Shown piece after piece: positions 32,835 through 36,786 of a DNA stretch of 36,786 nt (positions within the stretch are counted from its first letter, which is position 1; the number at the start of each line of letters is the position of its first letter). The translations under genes and the position numbers were made by a program. The stretch comes from an uncultured Eubacteriales bacterium. GTDB lineage: Bacteria; Acidobacteriota; Aminicenantia; Aminicenantales; Aminicenantaceae. The stretch covers positions 3,669 to 40,454 of the forward strand of contig CAZEWV010000001.1 of assembly GCA_964516025.1 (NCBI GenBank). The letters run 5' to 3'. The notes beneath the pieces were generated by a model. It made no database searches and was not told the DNA's origin. It was given only the letters and a program-made list of their open reading frames with translations.

Positions 32835-35273
32835 ATGTTCAAGCAAAAAGCGCTGATGTTTTTCACTCTGGTCATTATGTTCATAATGTTTGGCTGCTCT
32901 GGTCCGGACTCGGATCAGCCTCTTCTCACTGCCGAGCTTCCTCTTCACCTTGAAGAGCACATAGAGGCTGCTAGAATCGAGGGCTCCGAGGTCCCACAAG
33001 ACCTTCCTGCCCCAGTCGAGTGGAGTTTTGATGAGCCACATCCGGAGTGGTACCCGGTCAACCATCCCGATTCTAAGAACAGGCCGATTGAGACAAGGCG
33101 TACAGAAGATTCGCTCCGCCTTTTCCTGGGTAAAAATAACGTTTCTGTCGATCCATTTGGAACACGACTGTTACAGGGCGGAATTCATGTCAAAGTACCG
33201 GAGTGGAAACGTGAGGATTGGGCATACATTGCTGTACGGGCACGTTCCTCAGAGAATATAAATGAGATACGAATCGGATTCAACCTGCGCGAGCGGACGG
33301 GATCTACTGCGCTAGAACATGATCCTTTTCTCTTTTCAAGCGAGCCCGTTATAATCATCAATGACGGCATGGAGCATACATACTTGATGCGTCCTGATTG
33401 GTACTGGGAAAATTGGGAAGATCCCTGGAAACACCTCATTCTTCTCGTACGCTCGGACAAACCGGCTCACATTGATATTCTATCGATAAGTGTCATTCCC
33501 AAAGGAGTTAAATATGCCGATCCTCCGACTGGAGTCCAAACAGAGATACGCAATGAAATTTATCGGAAAGCTCTTTTCGTCCACACGCCAGCAAAGCTTG
33601 TGTTTCGGGTGAAGGTGCCAGAAAGCGCGCGCCTTGACTTCTGTTTGGGGCTGTTGAGGAGCGATGTGCCTGTGACTTTTCAGATTAAAGTTAAGCCGGG
33701 CAGGGGAGATTCCAAAATGCTTTGGAATGAGTCTTACTCCGACGAAAAACATTGGGCTCAGCGATCTGTCAATCTGTCAGACTATGAAAACCAAATAATT
33801 ACGCTCATCCTTCAGACGACTTCAGATCAAAATGGGACCGTGGCTCTTTGGGGAACACCGACTATCACCGGTAAGCGAGTCACTCATTTGCCGAATATAA
33901 TCTTATATATCATCGATGGTGCGGGGGCGGATTACCTGAGCGTGTATGGATATAACCGTCGGACGACTCCAAACCTAGAGCGTTTAGCCGAAGAAGGTAC
34001 GGTCTTTGAAAATGCTTTCAGTAACTCCTCATGGACCAAGCCTTCCACCCCTTCTTTTATGACCTCACTTCACCACAGCGTGCTCGGAGGATACAGAACC
34101 GAATCCGATCCTTTACCGGATCAGGCAGTGACCATGGCAGAACACATGCATCAAGCAGGATATCAGACAGCTGTATTCACAACAAACTCTTTCGCTGGTT
34201 CCTTGAGCAGTCTTGAAAGAGGAGTGGATGTCATGCGGGATTCCGAATGTAAGCCCAACTCGATATCATCTGAAGTGTTGCACAAAGCTTTCTGGAAATG
34301 GCGCGAATCCTATCAGGGACAGCCCTACTGGGTACACTTCCAGACTACGGACGTGCATTGGCCTTACAAACCGCCTGCTCCTTTTGCGGGTTTGTACGTC
34401 GAGCCCGACCTGAGAGAAAAATATTACGAATGGGAGTCTAAACTGGCTAAAGCGGCAGGGCTTCAAGGTCCCTCCTGGAGTTATCCTGACGAAGCTTACG
34501 AGAAAACCGGGATCGGCAGAACGGAATTTTTCAACGTTGTCCGCGGTCTTTACGACGAAACAATGGCCCATAACGATTACCAGCTAGGACGACTTGTAGA
34601 ACGACTGAAAAATTCTGGTGAGTGGGAGCACACATTGTTCATCTTAGCTTCCGATCATAGTAGTCGTCACGGTTTAGATTTGTTAGATCCGAAGCCTAAG
34701 ATTTGGGGGGCTTCTTCATTTTCATTCAGATATCGTATCCCTTTAATAGTTATTTGGCCTGAAAGAATAACACCAGGCCTGCGTTTCAGCCAACCGGTCT
34801 CGATGATAGACCTGCTGCCTACAATACTGGGCCTGGCCGGATTACCTCCTGCAGAAACTTTCCAGGGACAATCGCTTGTCCCTTTTTTATTGGGAGAAGG
34901 TATATGGAAGCCGCGGCCCGTTATTCTTGACGAGTTCGGTCTTAACTCCCATACCGGCATCCTCAGCGGAAGGATTCAGGCGATCGATGAGAGATGGATA
35001 GCCAGCTTGAGAATTGAATTGGACACTAAGTCTGGGAAAGAATTAGAAGAAGACGAGTTTCTGCGCTTTGATCTTTTAGACCGCTGGAGAGATCCTCATT
35101 ACGGCGGCAACGTCAGAGAAAAGTACCCGGATATATCGGAAAAATATTTAAATTTTCTGAAGAAGAAGTGGCGCGAACACCAGGAATTTGCAATGCGCTT
35201 TTCCCGATCCGATGAGGAATTTTTGAACCCTAAGCAGCTTGAAACTCTTCGTTCCCTGGGCTATATCAGGTGA
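32835..35273 (+). CDS. Lipoprotein with sulfatase-like (alkaline-phosphatase superfamily) domain carrying Thr in place of the formylglycine Cys/Ser, preceded by an N-terminal domain of about 340 aa of unknown type
   Basis: 812 aa. Lipobox ..IMFGC.. and GGGAGG SD. The sulfatase-fold blocks are ..NIILYIIDGAGADYL..TTPNLERLAEEGTVFENAF.. Then SSWTKPSTPSFMTSL sits where arylsulfatases have C-x-P-x-R (T-K-P-S-T here). ..LFILASDHS.. and C-terminal ..LETLRSLGYI follow. Confidence 0.8.
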   Translation: MFKQKALMFFTLVIMFIMFGCSGPDSDQPLLTAELPLHLEEHIEAARIEGSEVPQDLPAPVEWSFDEPHPEWYPVNHPDSKNRPIETRRTEDSLRLFLGKNNVSVDPFGTRLLQGGIHVKVPEWKREDWAYIAVRARSSENINEIRIGFNLRERTGSTALEHDPFLFSSEPVIIINDGMEHTYLMRPDWYWENWEDPWKHLILLVRSDKPAHIDILSISVIPKGVKYADPPTGVQTEIRNEIYRKALFVHTPAKLVFRVKVPESARLDFCLGLLRSDVPVTFQIKVKPGRGDSKMLWNESYSDEKHWAQRSVNLSDYENQIITLILQTTSDQNGTVALWGTPTITGKRVTHLPNIILYIIDGAGADYLSVYGYNRRTTPNLERLAEEGTVFENAFSNSSWTKPSTPSFMTSLHHSVLGGYRTESDPLPDQAVTMAEHMHQAGYQTAVFTTNSFAGSLSSLERGVDVMRDSECKPNSISSEVLHKAFWKWRESYQGQPYWVHFQTTDVHWPYKPPAPFAGLYVEPDLREKYYEWESKLAKAAGLQGPSWSYPDEAYEKTGIGRTEFFNVVRGLYDETMAHNDYQLGRLVERLKNSGEWEHTLFILASDHSSRHGLDLLDPKPKIWGASSFSFRYRIPLIVIWPERITPGLRFSQPVSMIDLLPTILGLAGLPPAETFQGQSLVPFLLGEGIWKPRPVILDEFGLNSHTGILSGRIQAIDERWIASLRIELDTKSGKELEEDEFLRFDLLDRWRDPHYGGNVREKYPDISEKYLNFLKKKWREHQEFAMRFSRSDEEFLNPKQLETLRSLGYIR

Positions 35274-35297
35274 AGTTTATGTTGTTTTTATTCTAGA

Positions 35298-35358
35298 GAC
35301 ACCGATCCCGGCCTCTCTGAAGTTGAGGATGCGAGAGAGAGGCTGGCTGGGTTGAGGG
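35298..35358 (+). repeat. 61-nt intergenic repeat, copy 3
   Basis: GACACCGATCCCGGCCTCTCTGAAGTTGAGGATGCGAGAGAGAGGCTGGCTGGGTTGAGGG. It has the longest hairpin of the three copies (CCGGCCTCTCT / AGAGAGAGGCTGG). It starts 24 nt after the sulfatase-like stop and ends 33 nt before IS copy 3. Confidence 0.75.
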
Positions 35359-35391
35359 ATATTAATATCTAAGACCCCCTATGGGGAATTA

Positions 35392-36127
35392 GGTGCTTCC
35401 TTCATTAACTGTTGTTACTACGCCGAAATCCACCCAAATTTCTCTATTCGAACCCGAGTTCTCAAAAACATGAAAATCCAGCAAAAAAGGATTTCCATTG
35501 AAGTAAAGATTTCACGAAAACTGAGCTGTTTTTTGACTAATCCTGCCTGCATTGCAGGTGTCCGGATTTCACCCCCGAATTTTAAGGCTAAATGTGGCCG
35601 AATAAAATTGTAATAACACATTTGTAATTCAAGATTGTTTGCAAGCAAATCTTTATGCCTGGAATGACAAGCCGTTCGGCGTCCCAAATACGCACAGCCC
35701 TGTCGGATAGTAAGATTAAGTCGCTCTATGAATGAGGTATTTATTGTGGAGGAATCTTCTGATTCAAATAGGAGTTGTTCCATCTTTGACTTGGTCCCAA
35801 AGATCATTCGCCGTTCTACATTGATGACACGATTCTTCCGGCGTTTCTTGATGACTTGCGCATACAAACAGATAGGGCTTAAAAGGTTTCTTGTGGCCCA
35901 AGAATAGGGTTCAAAACCATCGGTTGTGAAAATGAATGGCGGATGATATTCCCTTCAACAAGCTTTCTATAATCCTGACATTTTTCGTTCTGGCAGCAGC
36001 GATCTCTCACGGAGGCTTAAACTTCATTAGACATATTCCTAGAAACAAACTTGTACTTAACTTGTTTGGAAATAGTATCTTGCTGAGTGTTTTTGATCAA
36101 ATAACAACACTTCCCTGAGGAAGCACC
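35392..36127 (-). mobile_element. IS1-family element, copy 3 (internally deleted, frameshifted)
   Basis: The ends are GGTGCTTCCTTCATTAACTGTTGTTAC (35392-) and the reverse complement of ATAACAACACTTCCCTGAGGAAGCACC (-36127). The N-terminal (V)RDRCCQNEKCQDYRKLVEGNIIRHS is joined out of frame to ..FTTDGFEPYSWATRNLLSPICLYAQVIKKRRKNRV...TINTSFIERLNLTIRQGCAYLGRR...MCYYNFIRPH (ORF 35418..35867). The zinc-finger and first DDE region are missing. Confidence 0.8.
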
Positions 36128-36184
36128 CGACACACGGATTAGGAATCCGTTGCTCTAAGCACAGACTCATCCCCTTCTCCCCGT

Positions 36185-36243
36185 GGGACAAATACGGGAC
36201 AATTTCTGCTTAAACTTGCCTAATTCTGAATAACGGTGACTAA
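36185..36243 (-). repeat. Phased site array, mirror image of 24988-25044
   Basis: Plus strand: GGGACAA at 36185 and 36196, then TGCTTAA 36207, TGCCTAA 36217, TGAATAA 36227 and TGACTAA 36237 (10-bp spacing). The reverse complement reads TTAGTCA, TTATTCA, TTAGGCA, TTAAGCA, TTGTCCC, TTGTCCC. Confidence 0.65.
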
Positions 36244-36296
36244 AGAGAAAGACCGAACAAACAAATGATTTTCTAGGGGAATCAAGGGGAATAAGA

Positions 36297-36373
<77 letters not shown>

Positions 36374-36384
36374 GTACCAGGCCA

Positions 36385-36412
36385 ATTATAGCAAAAATAT
36401 TCTCTTTGTCAA
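36385..36412 (-). promoter_or_regulatory. Consensus sigma70 promoter for the tRNA-fMet gene
   Basis: On the minus strand: TTGACA (36412-36407), 16-nt spacer, TATAAT (36390-36385), then 11 nt to the mature tRNA 5' end. Confidence 0.6.
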
Positions 36413-36530
36413 AGCATATTGATAATTTGTCATATATGGATTTTTTGACGTAAAATACGGCATTTTTTCATAAATTTTCGTGTACATTTTCCCAGGAAAA
36501 AATCTTTGTTGCTTTTCTGTCAAATAATCC

Positions 36531-36560
36531 TTGACAAGGGTAAAAGTCAGTAAATATAAT
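36531..36560 (+). promoter_or_regulatory. Consensus sigma70 promoter upstream of nuoJ
   Basis: TTGACA (36531-36536), 18-nt spacer, TATAAT (36555-36560), 15 nt before the ATG. Confidence 0.5.
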
Positions 36561-36575
36561 GAGTCCCTTAATCAC

Positions 36576-36786
36576 ATGGAACACTTCCTTTTCTTTTTTT
36601 TGGCAATAGTGTGTGTGGGGGCTGTTGGGGGAATGATTATCCTTAAAAACCAAGCCTATAATGCCATCTTGCTTATTCTTGCATTCTGTGCGACAGCCGG
36701 GCTCTTTGCCCTCCTAGATGCTCCTTTCATTGCGGCTGTCCAAATTATTATCTACGCCGGGGCCATCATGGTTTTGTTTATTTTTG
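36576..36786 (+). CDS. nuoJ: NADH-quinone oxidoreductase subunit J, N-terminal 70 codons (continues beyond window)
   Basis: Absent from the ORF track because it runs off the window. It reads MEHFLFFFLAIVCVGAVGGMIILKNQAYNAILLILAFCATAGLFALLDAPFIAAVQIIIYAGAIMVLFIF. The ..FIAAVQIIIYAGAIMVLF.. block is the hallmark of NuoJ/ND6. Confidence 0.75.
   Translation, partial: MEHFLFFFLAIVCVGAVGGMIILKNQAYNAILLILAFCATAGLFALLDAPFIAAVQIIIYAGAIMVLFIF

Noticed and set aside
35271-35369. Stop-codon readthrough of the sulfatase-like gene (TGA followed in frame by 32 sense codons ending in the 61-nt repeat peptide).
   Set aside because: In-frame placement has a one-in-three chance. No readthrough context or SECIS-like element is recognisable. 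The other two repeat copies are preceded by stops and are not in frame with any gene. It is kept only as a remark under the repeat finding.

Overview
This is a bacterial chromosomal window. Genes use GGAGG-type Shine-Dalgarno sites and sigma54 machinery is present, but the lineage cannot be assigned without a database search. Every functional call rests on motifs read by eye, since no similarity search was possible.

Positions 1-13.2 kb look like ordinary backbone. They hold a partial serine hydrolase, exonuclease III, an APC permease fused to two Usp domains, and a decayed GH127 glycosidase. They also hold an L,D-transpeptidase, a CPA2 antiporter, a secreted M6-like metalloprotease, a small secreted protein, a degenerate IS1-family element and a PLP transsulfuration enzyme.

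From about 13.3 kb to an intact initiator tRNA-Met (36297-36373) the sequence is an accessory mosaic. The 3' part of that tRNA recurs as direct repeats at 24886 and 13659, which delimits two tandem islands of about 11 kb each.

Island B (about 13.7-24.9 kb) carries a tyrosine recombinase, a cytoplasmic multi-sensor histidine kinase and an NtrC-type activator. Behind a textbook sigma54 promoter it also carries a five-gene operon. The operon encodes a duplicated-Cys-motif small protein, a NuoE-like protein with a zinc-ribbon tail, a HydB/NuoF-like subunit, an Fe-S subunit and a stand-alone GltS-type FMN protein. I rank this operon as the best candidate for an undescribed system. It looks like a HydABC/Bfu-like electron-input module attached to an unknown catalytic subunit.

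Island A (about 25.0-36.3 kb) carries a Ser/Thr kinase-TPR protein, an alpha/beta hydrolase, a P-type ATPase and a Thr-type sulfatase-like lipoprotein.

The junctions contain 3' fragments of four different tRNAs and helically phased TTAGGCA-type site arrays. They also contain five defective copies or fragments of one IS1-family element and a 61-nt repeat present three times. The window ends with the start of nuoJ.
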